The notes: generated from the letters alone by a model not told the origin. Positions 25,259 to 36,169 are shown, numbered from the stretch's first letter. The stretch is DNA of 64,000 nt from Gammaproteobacteria bacterium (GCA_030595795.1 JAUVCH010000003.1:1173-65172), one strand, 5' to 3'. A program made the numbers and translations.

Positions 25259-25484
25259 ATGATACAAGCAAAGTTATCCAGTAAATTTCAGATCTCGATT
25301 CCTAAAGCGATCAGAGAGAACCTGCATCTTCAGGCTGGACAACAGTTTACCCTGGTGGAACGGGGGGCACATTATTGAATTGATTCCCATGCAAAGTATT
25401 CTGAGCGCACGAGGAATGCTTTCAACTGGTGGCTATAGTGATTCATCTGAATATCGTGATCGTGATGAAAGGCCTTTGCCTTGA
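25259..25484 (+). pseudogene. AbrB/SpoVT-fold (VapB/MazE-like) antitoxin gene, disrupted by a frameshift in a G6 run
   Basis: MIQAKLSSKFQISIPKAIRENLHLQAGQQFTLVERG is a typical SpoVT/AbrB N-terminus. The frame hits TGA at 25376-25378 just after GGGGGG (25362-25367). The +1 frame then continues as HIIELIPMQSILSARGML...RDRDERPLP to TGA at 25482-25484. Confidence 0.65.
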
Positions 25485-25636
25485 TCCTGATCGACACCTG
25501 CGGCTGGACTGAGTGGTTAACTGATGGAGCGCTCAGCAATCAATATGCTAGCGCTCTTTTTCATAATGCCAATCTCGTTACTTCTGACAAGCATTTTAAA
25601 GAACTGCCTAGCGTAACTTATTTCAGGAAGGATTGA
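25481..25636 (+). pseudogene. PIN-domain (VapC-like) toxin remnant with a large internal deletion
   Basis: A TTG-initiated 51-codon ORF overlaps the antitoxin stop. (M)ILIDTCGWTEWL matches a PIN N-terminus (first acidic Asp), and ...NLVTSDKHFKELPSVTYF matches a PIN C-terminus. The ~80 central residues are missing. Confidence 0.5.
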
Positions 25637-25658
25637 GAACCCCTGGGGACATCCAGGG

Positions 25659-27248
25659 TTACTCCCACTCAATAGTGCCAGGCGGCTTGCCCGAAATATC
25701 GTAAACAACACGTGATATACCTTCGATTTCATTCATAATTCGGCGTGACACGTGATCCAGAAACTCGTAGGGCAGATGCGCCCAGCGTGCAGTCATAAAG
25801 TCGATGGTCTCCACAGCGCGTAGCGAAACCACGTGATTATAACGACGACCATCGCCGGTAACCCCCACTGACTTGACCGGCAGGAATACAACAAACGCCT
25901 GTGACACCTGATCGTATAAATCGTTAGCGCGTAATTCACTGATAAAAATATCGTCGGCCAGTCGTAGTGTATCGGCAAACTCTTTTTTGACTTCGCCGAG
26001 GATACGTACACCAAGACCCGGCCCTGGGAACGGATGGCGATAAACCATCTCTTTGGGTAGACCCAGTTCGACGCCAACGCGTCGTACCTCGTCCTTGAAT
26101 AACTCACGCAATGGTTCCACCAGATCGAGTTTCATATCGTCTGGCAGACCGCCCACATTATGATGCGATTTGATTAAATGCGCCTTGCCAGTCGAGGCAC
26201 CCGCAGATTCGATGACGTCAGGATAAATCGTTCCCTGCGCTAGCCATTTGGCATCATTTTGTTTACTGGCTTCTTCTTCAAAAATCTCGATAAACAGGTT
26301 ACCAATAGCTTTTCGCTTCAGTTCTGGATCGGTGACTCCTTTTAATCTTTCCAGAAAGCGATCTTCGGCATCGACCCGAATCACCTTCACACCCATATGT
26401 TCGGCAAACTGATCCATCACCTGATCGCCTTCATTATGACGTAATAAACCATTGTCGACAAAAATACAGGTAAGCTGGTCGCCAATTGCTTCGTGCAAGA
26501 GTGCAGCCACTACTGAAGAATCGACACCGCCCGACAAACCAAGAATAACCTGATCCTGACCAACCTGTTTTTGTACGTTATTTATAGTTGATTCGATGAT
26601 ATTGGCCGAGGTCCAGGCAGAAGCGCAGCCGCAGATATCGTGAATAAAGCGGTTGTAAATCGCGACACCCTGTTTGGTATGCGTGACTTCGGGGTGAAAT
26701 TGCAGGCCGTAAATTTTTCGACTCTCGTCCGCCATACCGGCGATCGGCGCGCTCTCAGTGCTGGCCATGAGCTTGAATCCTGGCGGCAATTCGGCTACTC
26801 GATCACCGTGTGACATCCACACGTCGAGCATGCCGAAACCCTCTTCGGTGACGCTGTCCTGAATATCGCGTAACAGTTCTGTATGCCCACGAGCGCGGAC
26901 ATGCGCATAACCAAATTCGCTCTTGCCGACATTTTCTACCACTCCATCAAGTTGCTGAGCGATCGTTTGCATGCCGTAACAAATACCGAGTATTGGCACA
27001 TTCAGGTCGAATATTTCCAAAGGAGCCAATGGCGTTTCGTCGGCCAGAGTGGATTCCGGGCCACCGGATAGTATCAAACCTTTGGCGGCGAAATTTTTTA
27101 TCCGTTCGAAGCCAATATCCCAGGGGTAAATTTCACAGTAAACCCCGGCTTCGCGCACGCGGCGGGCAATTAACTGGGTATATTGAGAACCAAAATCCAG
27201 AATCAGGATTTTATCGTTGTGTAGATCGCGATTAACAGGGGCTGGCAT
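25659..27248 (-). CDS. guaA: GMP synthase (glutamine-hydrolysing)
   Basis: 529 aa with [20 protein letters not shown], the GATase Cys context GICYGMQ, the ATP-PPase motif LSGGVDSSV and the C-terminal [10 protein letters not shown]. Confidence 0.97.
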   Translation of the reverse strand: MPAPVNRDLHNDKILILDFGSQYTQLIARRVREAGVYCEIYPWDIGFERIKNFAAKGLILSGGPESTLADETPLAPLEIFDLNVPILGICYGMQTIAQQLDGVVENVGKSEFGYAHVRARGHTELLRDIQDSVTEEGFGMLDVWMSHGDRVAELPPGFKLMASTESAPIAGMADESRKIYGLQFHPEVTHTKQGVAIYNRFIHDICGCASAWTSANIIESTINNVQKQVGQDQVILGLSGGVDSSVVAALLHEAIGDQLTCIFVDNGLLRHNEGDQVMDQFAEHMGVKVIRVDAEDRFLERLKGVTDPELKRKAIGNLFIEIFEEEASKQNDAKWLAQGTIYPDVIESAGASTGKAHLIKSHHNVGGLPDDMKLDLVEPLRELFKDEVRRVGVELGLPKEMVYRHPFPGPGLGVRILGEVKKEFADTLRLADDIFISELRANDLYDQVSQAFVVFLPVKSVGVTGDGRRYNHVVSLRAVETIDFMTARWAHLPYEFLDHVSRRIMNEIEGISRVVYDISGKPPGTIEWE

Positions 27249-27250
27249 GT

Positions 27251-28705
27251 TTAGACCTGGTAGTTCGGTGCTTCTTTGGTAATGGTAACATCGTGGACAT
27301 GCGATTCGCTCATACCCGCACCGGTGATCTTGACGAACTCAGGCCGTGTTCGTAATTCATCGACAGTTTTGCAACCGACATAGCCCATGCTCGAACGTAC
27401 GCCACCTAGTAGCTGATGAATGGTATTGGCGAGCGGCCCCTTGAAAGGCACACGGCCTTCGACGCCTTCGGGTACGAGTTTTTCGTCGGCGCTGTCAGCC
27501 TGGAAATAACGGTCGCTGGAGCCCTTTTGCATTGCCGCGATAGAACCCATACCCCGGTAAGATTTATAGGAACGCCCCTGGAACAGTTCGACTTCACCGG
27601 GTGCTTCTTCGGTTCCGGCAAACATACCGCCGATCATCACACAATGGGCACCGGCAACCAGTGCCTTGGAAACATCACCCGAATAGCGAATTCCACCATC
27701 GGCAATCACCGTGACATCACTATCGATTAAGGCTTCGGCAACATTGCTGATGGCTGAAATTTGCGGCACGCCAACACCGGCGACAATACGCGTGGTGCAG
27801 ATTGAACCGGGTCCGATGCCTACTTTTACGGCATCGGCGCCCGCCTCTGCCAGATCGATAGCAGCGGCTGCAGTGGCAATATTGCCGCCGATAACCTGCA
27901 CCTCTGGGTAATTCTTCTTTATCCAGCGAACACGGTCAATAACACCCCGCGAGTGACCGTGGGCCGTATCGACAACGATGATATCGACTTCGGCATTGAC
28001 CAACGCTTCAACCCGATCTTCGGTATCGGCACCAGTGCCAACTGCCGCACCGACGCGCAGCCGACCCTGATCATCCTTACAGGCGAGCGGATAGACACTC
28101 GACTTGGTGATATCTTTAACTGTAATCATACCTTTGAGGTTGCCGTCGTTATCGACGACCAAAAGGCGTTCGATACGGTGGCGATGTAGCAGTTCGAGGA
28201 TTTCAGCCTTCTCTGCGCGTTCGCCGACGGTGACCAGTTTTTCCCTTGGAGTCATGATAGAAGATACAGCCTGATCAAGATTGGTTTCGAAACGTAAATC
28301 ACGCTTGGTGACTATGCCCACGAGGCCATCGCTACCAATCACCGGCAAGCCGGAAATTTTCTTACGGTTGGTTAATTCGATGACATCGCGTACCGGCGTA
28401 TCCGCACTAATCGTAATAGGGTCCTTGATCACGCCGCTTTCATACTTCTTAACCTTGGCAACCTGCCGAGCCTGTTCGGTCGGTGAGAAGTTTTTGTGAA
28501 CGATACCCAAACCACCTTCCTGCGCAATCGCAATCGCCAGTTTGGCTTCGGTTACCGTATCCATAGCTGCCGACAGCAGCGGTATATTCAACTCGATATC
28601 ACGAGTTAATCGGGTTTTCAGAATCGCTTCGTTGGGTAGGACATCAGATCTGGCGGGCACCAGTAAAACGTCATCAAAAGTGAGGGCTTCCTGGCTGATT
28701 CGCAT
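27251..28705 (-). CDS. guaB: IMP dehydrogenase
   Basis: 484 aa with [11 protein letters not shown], a CBS pair and the catalytic loop [11 protein letters not shown]. It lies directly upstream of guaA. Confidence 0.97.
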   Translation of the reverse strand: MRISQEALTFDDVLLVPARSDVLPNEAILKTRLTRDIELNIPLLSAAMDTVTEAKLAIAIAQEGGLGIVHKNFSPTEQARQVAKVKKYESGVIKDPITISADTPVRDVIELTNRKKISGLPVIGSDGLVGIVTKRDLRFETNLDQAVSSIMTPREKLVTVGERAEKAEILELLHRHRIERLLVVDNDGNLKGMITVKDITKSSVYPLACKDDQGRLRVGAAVGTGADTEDRVEALVNAEVDIIVVDTAHGHSRGVIDRVRWIKKNYPEVQVIGGNIATAAAAIDLAEAGADAVKVGIGPGSICTTRIVAGVGVPQISAISNVAEALIDSDVTVIADGGIRYSGDVSKALVAGAHCVMIGGMFAGTEEAPGEVELFQGRSYKSYRGMGSIAAMQKGSSDRYFQADSADEKLVPEGVEGRVPFKGPLANTIHQLLGGVRSSMGYVGCKTVDELRTRPEFVKITGAGMSESHVHDVTITKEAPNYQV

Positions 28706-28799
28706 AATGGCTCCGGGCGGGTATTTTCAAAGCGCGATTATAGGGTTTCGTCGAGTTGAGTTAAACTGTTCAGCCAAAATAAATCAACAAATCGCACAA

Positions 28800-30134
28800 A
28801 TGAAAACAAGACGTTCCGATAAGGATGCCATTTGGACCGTATCGGCCCTGAATTTCGAAGTTAAGACGATCCTCTCCCAGGGTATTGGCAGCCTGTGGAT
28901 TGAGGGTGAGATTTCCAATTTCGTAAAGCCCGCGTCCGGACACTGGTATTTCACCCTGAAAGATGAGAAGGCCCAATGCCGAGCTGCCATGTTCAAAGGG
29001 CGCAATGGCCGTATGGGCTTTACCCCCGAAAATGGCCAGAGCGTGCTGGTCAAGGCGCAGGTAACTTTATACGAGGCTCGCGGCGAGTATCAATTGATTG
29101 TCGATCATATCGAGGATGCCGGCGTTGGTGAGTTAAAGCGGCGATATGAACAGCTTAAAAATCAGTTGGACAAGGAAGGGTTGTTTGCCTCGTCGCGGAA
29201 GAAGCCGCTTCCAGATCAGCCAAAGCATATTGGTATTATTACCTCGCCTACCGGCGCAGCCATTCGCGATGCTTTAAGTGTCATTCGACGCCGCGCACCC
29301 CATATCCCGGTAACACTATTCCCCACGCTGGTACAGGGAGAGCAGGCTGCCAAGCAATTAAGACATTCTCTTGAACAGATTAAACAGTTTGGACATTGCG
29401 ATGTTGTCTTAATGATTCGCGGTGGTGGATCACTGGAGGACATGTGGTGTTTCAACGACGAAGCACTGGCGCGTGATATGGCTGAATTCCCCATTCCCAT
29501 TGTCACCGGTATAGGCCACGAAATTGATTTTACGATTGCCGACTTTGTTGCCGATTTTCGCGCCCCTACCCCATCGGTAGCTGCCGAAACCATCACACCG
29601 GATTGTCAGGATATGATGCAATCGATTGATGATCATGTCGGTCGTTTGATAAGGCAAATACAACTGCGTCTGGACAAGGAAGGTGAACGCCTGTCGCAAT
29701 TAGAGAGACATCTCAGTAACTTGCATCCTCAGCGTCAGTTTGACCAATTAAAATTACGCCTAAAATACGCCAGTGAAAGAATGATTAATCAAATGATGGC
29801 CCATCTCTCTCACGACAAAGCACAACTGCTTCTTTGTCAAAACGCCTTTTTTCAACACAGTCCTTTAATAGTCATTAATCAGCACCAACAAAGAGTAGAA
29901 CTTCTTAGTGAGAAAAGTACAAAGGCTGTTCAACAAAGGTTACTAATAGCACGACATAACCTGGCATTACAGGCGAAAACGCTAGATACCTTGAGTCCGC
30001 TGAAAACACTCTCTCGTGGATTTGCGACCATTGAGAAAGGTGAGAAACTTGTCACATCGGTAGCCCAGCTCAATAAAAATGACGAAGTCAATATCACGCT
30101 GAATGACGGTAAGAAACAGGCGACAATCCTTTGA
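28800..30134 (+). CDS. xseA: Exodeoxyribonuclease VII large subunit
   Basis: The start is taken at ATG 28800 (MKTRRSDKDAIWTVSALNFEVKTIL...WIEGEISNFVKPASGHWYFTLKD). The 86 upstream codons of the ORF overlap guaB antisense. It is divergent from guaBA, as in E. coli. Confidence 0.93.
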   Translation: MKTRRSDKDAIWTVSALNFEVKTILSQGIGSLWIEGEISNFVKPASGHWYFTLKDEKAQCRAAMFKGRNGRMGFTPENGQSVLVKAQVTLYEARGEYQLIVDHIEDAGVGELKRRYEQLKNQLDKEGLFASSRKKPLPDQPKHIGIITSPTGAAIRDALSVIRRRAPHIPVTLFPTLVQGEQAAKQLRHSLEQIKQFGHCDVVLMIRGGGSLEDMWCFNDEALARDMAEFPIPIVTGIGHEIDFTIADFVADFRAPTPSVAAETITPDCQDMMQSIDDHVGRLIRQIQLRLDKEGERLSQLERHLSNLHPQRQFDQLKLRLKYASERMINQMMAHLSHDKAQLLLCQNAFFQHSPLIVINQHQQRVELLSEKSTKAVQQRLLIARHNLALQAKTLDTLSPLKTLSRGFATIEKGEKLVTSVAQLNKNDEVNITLNDGKKQATIL

Positions 30135-30220
30135 TTAAATCTTTGCCTTTCTGATTTCTATTGCCTGATTAAATAATTTGAGATATACATCCGCTCATCC
30201 ATAATAACCCGGAAACAGCC

Positions 30221-31378
30221 ATGCTAGATCAGACCCGTCAACGAACCATCGATTTTCAGTCTCGACTCAAAGACGCCGGTATCGACCTCGCCATCATCAC
30301 CGACGAAAGTACCATCGCCTACCTGGCCGGTTTCTGGGGATACCTCTCGGTCGAATTCGGTCGGCCGACATTTTTACTGGTGCGTCCGGATCAGGCGCCC
30401 ACTGTCATCACACCTTTGATGGAAAGTGAGATGGTATCGGCCATGACCTGGGTGGAAGACATCAAAACCTGGGAAGATTCCGGGCCCAATCGATGGGAAA
30501 ATGTGTTGAAAAGAGCCATCGGTGATAATCCCGGTCGAATCGGCGTCGAGGCTACAGCGTTACCACCGATAGTCCGCAACTGGTTTGACGATCAACTACC
30601 AGGGGTAAACCTCAATAACATTTCAGCTATCATGGGCGACATGCGTATGATTAAGTCGCCCGAAGAAATCGAGGTAATGAAACAGGCCGGAGAAATTGCC
30701 GGTGCAATGATGGCTGGTGCCGAAGGTGGTCTCGGCGAAGGCCGGCCAGAATACGAAGCGGCACTAGCGGTTATCGAGGCGGGAACGCGAAAAGCAGCCA
30801 GCTTTCTCACTGCCAAAGGTTGGGAAGCCTTTATATCGCCGATGATCCATAATCTGCAAATCATGCAGTCGGGCACCGATACCTCGATGGTGCATCGTCG
30901 TGCCAGCGTGAAACCACTCGCCAAGGGCGACCCGGTTTACTTCTGCTTTTGTAACATGGCGCAGTTCAAACAATACAAGCTCGGCTTCGACCGCATGTTT
31001 TTCATCAAGGAAGTCTCCGACGAAGCCGCAAAAGTTCAGCAGGCCGCCATCGATGCCCAACAGGCCGCAATAGCAGCGATTAAACCCGGCGTTACCGCCG
31101 AGTTCATCGCGCAGGCTGCGAACGAAGTTTACGCCGAGCGCGGTTATGAAACCGGTTATCGTACGGGTCGCTCCATCGGCATGGCGTATCTGGAATCACC
31201 CGAACTTAAAGAAGGCGATAAAACCATATTACAACCGGGTACGACATTTGCCGTCGATGGTGGTATTTCGGTGGATGGTGAACTGGGTGGGCGGATTGGT
31301 GATTCGATTGTGGTGACTGAAACCGGCTGTGATTATATTACTGAATATCCACGTGAAATTTTGATGGTGAATCGATAA
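30221..31378 (+). CDS. M24-fold (creatinase/prolidase-like) hydrolase with a divergent metal-ligand set
   Basis: 385 aa with a creatinase/prolidase N-domain (IDLAIITDESTIAYLAGF) and a pita-bread C-domain (MIKSPEEIEVMKQAGEI...). By eye, several canonical M24 ligand positions are substituted; see findings. Confidence 0.75.
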   Translation: MLDQTRQRTIDFQSRLKDAGIDLAIITDESTIAYLAGFWGYLSVEFGRPTFLLVRPDQAPTVITPLMESEMVSAMTWVEDIKTWEDSGPNRWENVLKRAIGDNPGRIGVEATALPPIVRNWFDDQLPGVNLNNISAIMGDMRMIKSPEEIEVMKQAGEIAGAMMAGAEGGLGEGRPEYEAALAVIEAGTRKAASFLTAKGWEAFISPMIHNLQIMQSGTDTSMVHRRASVKPLAKGDPVYFCFCNMAQFKQYKLGFDRMFFIKEVSDEAAKVQQAAIDAQQAAIAAIKPGVTAEFIAQAANEVYAERGYETGYRTGRSIGMAYLESPELKEGDKTILQPGTTFAVDGGISVDGELGGRIGDSIVVTETGCDYITEYPREILMVNR

Positions 31379-31394
31379 TGGCTGAAGAATAACC

Positions 31395-33347
31395 ATGTCA
31401 TTCAGCCACCTGTTTACCCCACACGAAATTCGTGGTCATGAATTCCACAACCGGATTTTTAGCTCTGCTCATCAAACCATTCTCGCGCGAAACGGATCAC
31501 CCAGCGAGGACATGGCCGCCTATCACGAAGCCAGGGCACGGGGCGGGACGGGGCTAATCATTATGGAATCTTCTCGCCCCTATTCGGATGATGTGTCTGC
31601 CAGTTACTATATCGACTCCAGCACAGATGCCTGTATTCCGGGCTATCGAATGGTTGCTGACGCTGTACACAAACACGGATGCAAAGTTTTTGGGCAGATC
31701 AACCATGGTGGACGCATCACTTACCGCCACGAGGGCATGTACCTGGTCGCACACGCACCTTCGATGGTGCCGGACCACAGGTTCCACTGTATGCCACGTG
31801 TCATGTCCACCGGGTACGTCTGGACAATCATCCGTGCATTTGCCGCTGCCGCCGGACGTATGGCGGAGGCAGGCCTTGATGGTGCGGAATTAACTGCGAG
31901 TCACGGTATGTTAATTGCCCAGTTCCTCAATCCGCAAACCAACTTTCGCGATGACGAGTTTGGTGGCTCTGTTCAAAACCGTTTCCGTATTGTCTCGGAA
32001 ATGATTGCTGCTACCAGAGCAACAGTTGGCAGTGAATTCATCATCGGCATGCGCATCTCGGCTGAAGAGATGGAACCCGATGGTCTGGATCAGGCCGCCT
32101 GGCTGGATATCTGTCGCCGCCTGAACGATGAAGAAGAACTGGACTACCTGAGCGTAACTGTCGGTTCCATGATGGGTCTGGCGGGTTCCGTCCATGTGGT
32201 ACCGCCCATGACTATTGATCACGCGTACACGGCGCCGCTTGCGGGTGCCATTAAGCGCGATGTACGGCAATCCGTCCTGGTTACCGGACGCATTAACCAA
32301 CCACAGCTGGCCGAGCAGATACTCGCCCTCGGGCAGGCGGATATGTGCGGAATGACCCGAGCGCTAATTTCCGATCCAGAGATGCCTAACAAAGCCCACG
32401 CTGGGCGGCTCGACGATATTCGAGCCTGTATCGGCTGCAATCAGGCCTGCATCGGACACTACCATCAGGGTGTTCGCATTTCCTGTATCCAGAATCCCAT
32501 CTCCGGGCGTGAGTTGGCGCTTGGCACACACCCTCCGCTAAGAAAAACCCGCAAGGTTCTGGTGGCAGGTGGTGGTCCAGGCGGCATGAAAGCCGCAGCG
32601 GTTGCCGCCGAGCACGGACATCAGGTTATCCTCTGCGAGAAATCTGCCCGTCTGGGTGGCCAGACTCTATTAGCACAAACATTACCTGGGCGTGCAGAGT
32701 TTGGTGTCATTGTCGATAATCTGCGGCGTGAAATGGAGTTGAATGGCGTCGATATTCGTCTCAATGCCATTGCTGACAAAGCATTGATTGAGGTAGAAAA
32801 ACCGGATGCCGTTATCATCGCCACCGGTGCCATTCCTTACCGCCCTGATGTCGATATCTCGGATGAAACCCATGCCGTCGACGCCTGGCAGGTATTGAAA
32901 GGTGAAGTAAAACCCGGTGCATCCGTCGTTATCGCTGACTGGCGTTGTGATTGGGTCGGACTGGGTTTAGCCGAAAAGCTCGCGCGGGACGGATCGCAGG
33001 TGCGGCTTTGTGTGGATGGAGAAATGGCAGGACAAAACCTACAGCAGTATCTTCGCTGGCACTGGGCAGGCGTTTTGCACAAACTAGGTATCGAAGTCAT
33101 TGCCTATGCCCGCCTGTTTGGTGCAGATGGAGACACCGCCTACTTCCAGCATACCACCAGCGGTGAACCCATTGTCTGTGAAAACATGGACACACTGGTT
33201 ATTGCCCAGGGACATCAGCCAGTCATTACACTAGAACAGGATTTGGCGGGCTGTGATGTTGAGGTTCATCTGGCAGGGGACTGCCTCAGCCCCCGGTCTG
33301 CAGAGGAAGCTGTGTATGAGGGGTTCATGGTGGCGAGGAATATTTAG
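31395..33347 (+). CDS. FMN/[4Fe-4S]/FAD-NAD(P) oxidoreductase of the 2,4-dienoyl-CoA reductase / N-methylproline demethylase (StcD-like) family
   Basis: 650 aa with an OYE-like N-domain (HNRIFSSAHQT, ASHGMLIAQFLNP), the Cys cluster CIGCNQACIGH...C and the dinucleotide fold VLVAGGGPGGMKAA. Confidence 0.85.
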   Translation: MSFSHLFTPHEIRGHEFHNRIFSSAHQTILARNGSPSEDMAAYHEARARGGTGLIIMESSRPYSDDVSASYYIDSSTDACIPGYRMVADAVHKHGCKVFGQINHGGRITYRHEGMYLVAHAPSMVPDHRFHCMPRVMSTGYVWTIIRAFAAAAGRMAEAGLDGAELTASHGMLIAQFLNPQTNFRDDEFGGSVQNRFRIVSEMIAATRATVGSEFIIGMRISAEEMEPDGLDQAAWLDICRRLNDEEELDYLSVTVGSMMGLAGSVHVVPPMTIDHAYTAPLAGAIKRDVRQSVLVTGRINQPQLAEQILALGQADMCGMTRALISDPEMPNKAHAGRLDDIRACIGCNQACIGHYHQGVRISCIQNPISGRELALGTHPPLRKTRKVLVAGGGPGGMKAAAVAAEHGHQVILCEKSARLGGQTLLAQTLPGRAEFGVIVDNLRREMELNGVDIRLNAIADKALIEVEKPDAVIIATGAIPYRPDVDISDETHAVDAWQVLKGEVKPGASVVIADWRCDWVGLGLAEKLARDGSQVRLCVDGEMAGQNLQQYLRWHWAGVLHKLGIEVIAYARLFGADGDTAYFQHTTSGEPIVCENMDTLVIAQGHQPVITLEQDLAGCDVEVHLAGDCLSPRSAEEAVYEGFMVARNI

Positions 33348-34480
33348 TGCGTAGCGCGTAGATAATTCTCCTTCGCACGACCCACAGCATCCTCATCCAG
33401 GATAAATCCCAACCCAGGTCCATCAAACACCGGCAATTTACCGTTCTTAAGCACCAAATCCGGGCTTTCGACAATGTCCCACTCCAGCAAATGATTCATA
33501 TACTGATTACCATCATCCAGATTAGCAATCGTCGCCGCCGCCTGATTAGACGCTGCGGTAGTAATACCCGACTCGTATAAGCCGTGTATACAGACATTGA
33601 TGCCAGCTGCTTTAGCGATGTTGGCGGTTTCACGAAATCGTGCAATACCACCGGTTTCGTGTAAGCCCAGCACAATCAAGTCGGCCGCTTTTTCACGACA
33701 GATATCGAAAACATCGTAAGGTGTAAAGGCGCGTTGATCGGCTGCAATGGCGATTGGGCTAGTCGCCCGCACCTGCGCCAATGCCGACAGGCTTTCACAA
33801 TCTGTTGGTTGCTCGACAAATTCGATATCAAAAATCTGTAGCTTCTGCATCATGCGTTTGGCGGTGAGCGGGTTCCATTTTTCATTCGGATCGAGACGTA
33901 GGCGCTTATGTTTACCAATCGCATTCCTGGTCTGTTCGACAATCGCCATATCCAGGGTATCGCCCCGCCCTACTTTGACATAAATGACTTCGCAGCCTTC
34001 ATCAGATAACTGTTTGGCATGGGCAGAAATTTGCTCTGCGGTTTCACCCTGCGGGAATCCGAAATATTGAATCTCATCGCGCAGCGCTCCACCGAATAGC
34101 TCATGCACAGACCGGTTACAGGCCTTACCCATCACATCCCAAAGCGCCATCTCCAAACCAGCGAAAACCTGCCCGGCATAGCGTGGCGAGCTACAGGTAC
34201 CGAAGGCCTGAAACAGGGCATGGTAAGCATTATTCAGCAACCGTGTATTTTCGAAAGGGCTATGACCAATGCATTGCTCGGCAGCTAGGGATAAGTGCGC
34301 CTGAATGGCATCGGCCGATGGTGTGCCGATAGACTCACCGTATCCCACGATACCTTCATCGGTATGCACGGAGACCAGAATGACCTGTGCGTGATTAACA
34401 GTGCCCTGCGCCCAGTGGTAGGGCACCTTATAGGGAATTTTCAATGGCGTTGTTTCAATTTTGGTTATTTTCATGAGCAT
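33344..34480 (-). CDS. Enolase-superfamily enzyme (mandelate racemase/muconate lactonising enzyme family)
   Basis: 378 aa with an N-terminal capping domain (MKITKIETTPLKIPYK...) and barrel metal-ligand contexts LRLDPNEKW, EFVEQP and IAADQ. Its 3' end overlaps the convergent flavoprotein gene by 4 nt. Confidence 0.85.
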   Translation of the reverse strand: MLMKITKIETTPLKIPYKVPYHWAQGTVNHAQVILVSVHTDEGIVGYGESIGTPSADAIQAHLSLAAEQCIGHSPFENTRLLNNAYHALFQAFGTCSSPRYAGQVFAGLEMALWDVMGKACNRSVHELFGGALRDEIQYFGFPQGETAEQISAHAKQLSDEGCEVIYVKVGRGDTLDMAIVEQTRNAIGKHKRLRLDPNEKWNPLTAKRMMQKLQIFDIEFVEQPTDCESLSALAQVRATSPIAIAADQRAFTPYDVFDICREKAADLIVLGLHETGGIARFRETANIAKAAGINVCIHGLYESGITTAASNQAAATIANLDDGNQYMNHLLEWDIVESPDLVLKNGKLPVFDGPGLGFILDEDAVGRAKENYLRATH

Positions 34481-34531
34481 CTCTCAGACTGATAGATTAG
34501 ACTCTACCGCAATTTTAACCAGGAGTGCAAA

Positions 34532-34879
34532 GTGAGTATCGAAAGATTCCATACCAACCAACGCATGAGCCAGATTGTCATTCATGGCGATACCGTTTAT
34601 CTGGCTGGACAAGTAGCGAAAGACGCCAGTGCTGACATCAAAACCCAAACCCAGCAGGTACTCGATAAGGTCGACGCATTGCTCGCCGAAGCCGGCTCAG
34701 ACAAGTCGAAAATTCTGTCCGCGCAGATATGGGTTGCCAACATTGGCCACTTCGCTCAAATGAACGAAGTCTGGGATACCTGGGTAGCCGAAGGCAATGC
34801 ACCCACGCGTGCCTGTATCGAAGCAAGACTAGCAACACCGGATTTACTGGTAGAAGTTGGAATCACTGCCGCGAAATAG
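34532..34879 (+). CDS. RidA/YjgF-family reactive-intermediate (enamine/imine) deaminase
   Basis: 115 aa with GDTVYLAGQV, a PTRACIEA-type motif and VEVGITA. Confidence 0.85.
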   Translation: MSIERFHTNQRMSQIVIHGDTVYLAGQVAKDASADIKTQTQQVLDKVDALLAEAGSDKSKILSAQIWVANIGHFAQMNEVWDTWVAEGNAPTRACIEARLATPDLLVEVGITAAK

Positions 34880-34906
34880 CATTACAGCTTTTAAAAGCCT
34901 TTAGTA

Positions 34907-35776
34907 ATGAAATTAACCGATGTCTGCATGGCGATCGCAGTCGCAGTAATCTGGGGTATGGGCTTTATCATCGCCAAAGCAGCGATGTCGCACTTTTCGC
35001 CAATATTATTGATGGCGCTGAGATTTACGCTGACAGCCTTTTGCCTGATCTGGTTTTTTCGGCCACCGATTGGTTTATATAAAAATCTATTCTGGATTTC
35101 ATTGGTGAGCGCCGCGATTCAATACAGCCTGACCTTCAATGGTGTGAATGGTATCGATGCCTCGACCGCCGGGTTACTGGTTCAGCTCGAAGTACCCTTT
35201 GGGTTAATCATGGCCTGGCTATTTCTGGGGGACCGCATAACCATCAAACAGGTCATTGGAATTATTGTTGCATTCCTGGGCGCTGTTTTAATCATTGGGG
35301 AACCAAAGCTGTCTGGCGATCTGGTCTACGCCTTCATGGTAATCGGTGGCGCCTTCACCTGGTCAGTAGGTCAAATCATGATTAAGAGGCTTGGCAGTAT
35401 CGGCGGCTTTAAATTGATTACCGGGGTGGCCATCTTCGCCGCACCCCAGTTATTTATTGCCTCCTGGTTATTCGAGTCCAATCAATTACAACAGATCCAG
35501 ACCGCCAATTTGCCAGCCTGGAGCGCTGTCGCCTACCTGGGGTTAATTATGACGGCGCTAGGCTATGCACTCTGGTATCGATTACTCGGCCTGTATACCG
35601 TCAATCAGGTAATGCCCTTCCTGTTATTGCTACCGGTGACTTCCGTGATTGGTGGGATCATTTTCCTCGGCGAATCGCTGACAATCAAAATCACCATTGG
35701 CGGTCTGATGGCTTTAGCAGGCGTTGCCTTGATTACGATACAGCGCTCGCCGTTTAAAGCGATAAAGCAGACTTAG
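34907..35776 (+). CDS. EamA/DMT-superfamily transporter
   Basis: 289 aa with ten TM helices in two EamA repeats (VIWGMGFIIAKAAM...). Confidence 0.85.
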   Translation: MKLTDVCMAIAVAVIWGMGFIIAKAAMSHFSPILLMALRFTLTAFCLIWFFRPPIGLYKNLFWISLVSAAIQYSLTFNGVNGIDASTAGLLVQLEVPFGLIMAWLFLGDRITIKQVIGIIVAFLGAVLIIGEPKLSGDLVYAFMVIGGAFTWSVGQIMIKRLGSIGGFKLITGVAIFAAPQLFIASWLFESNQLQQIQTANLPAWSAVAYLGLIMTALGYALWYRLLGLYTVNQVMPFLLLLPVTSVIGGIIFLGESLTIKITIGGLMALAGVALITIQRSPFKAIKQT

Positions 35777-35779
35777 GCA

Positions 35780-36169
35780 TCAGGAACCCGACGATTCGCG
35801 CTGCTTAATAGCCTCGTTAACTTGCTTAAAATCTTCCATCAGGCTATCGCAGAAAGTTTTCGGCGAATAACAAAGCGCATCCATATCGATATTTAACTGG
35901 CCATTTAATTTAGCAATAGTACGACGCACTACTGTCGGATGCGCCGGATGTTCTGCAGGAGTAAACGACCAGAGAACATATCGACCATCGTTTTTTTGTT
36001 TAAATATTTTCCAGCCCTCGTATTCGGTCAATTCTGCACCAGAATCTGATTCCAATGCCTTTAGCGCTTCTTCGACCGTCTTATATTGAATGGCATTGTC
36101 TTCTTCGGCCTGTGCGAATGCAGACGAAGTAAACATCAATACTACGAGGACATAATATAAAATTTTCAA
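35780..36169 (-). CDS. Hypothetical secreted protein
   Basis: 129 aa with a signal peptide (MKILYYVLVVLMFTSSAFA). No family is recognised. Confidence 0.5.
   Translation of the reverse strand: MKILYYVLVVLMFTSSAFAQAEEDNAIQYKTVEEALKALESDSGAELTEYEGWKIFKQKNDGRYVLWSFTPAEHPAHPTVVRRTIAKLNGQLNIDMDALCYSPKTFCDSLMEDFKQVNEAIKQRESSGS

Noticed and set aside
30221-31378. The M24-fold protein could be the DMSP lyase DddP or the ectoine hydrolase DoeA.
   Set aside because: Only the fold family is recognisable by eye, and there are no companion ddd/dmd or doe genes nearby. Naming a specific enzyme would be unsupported.
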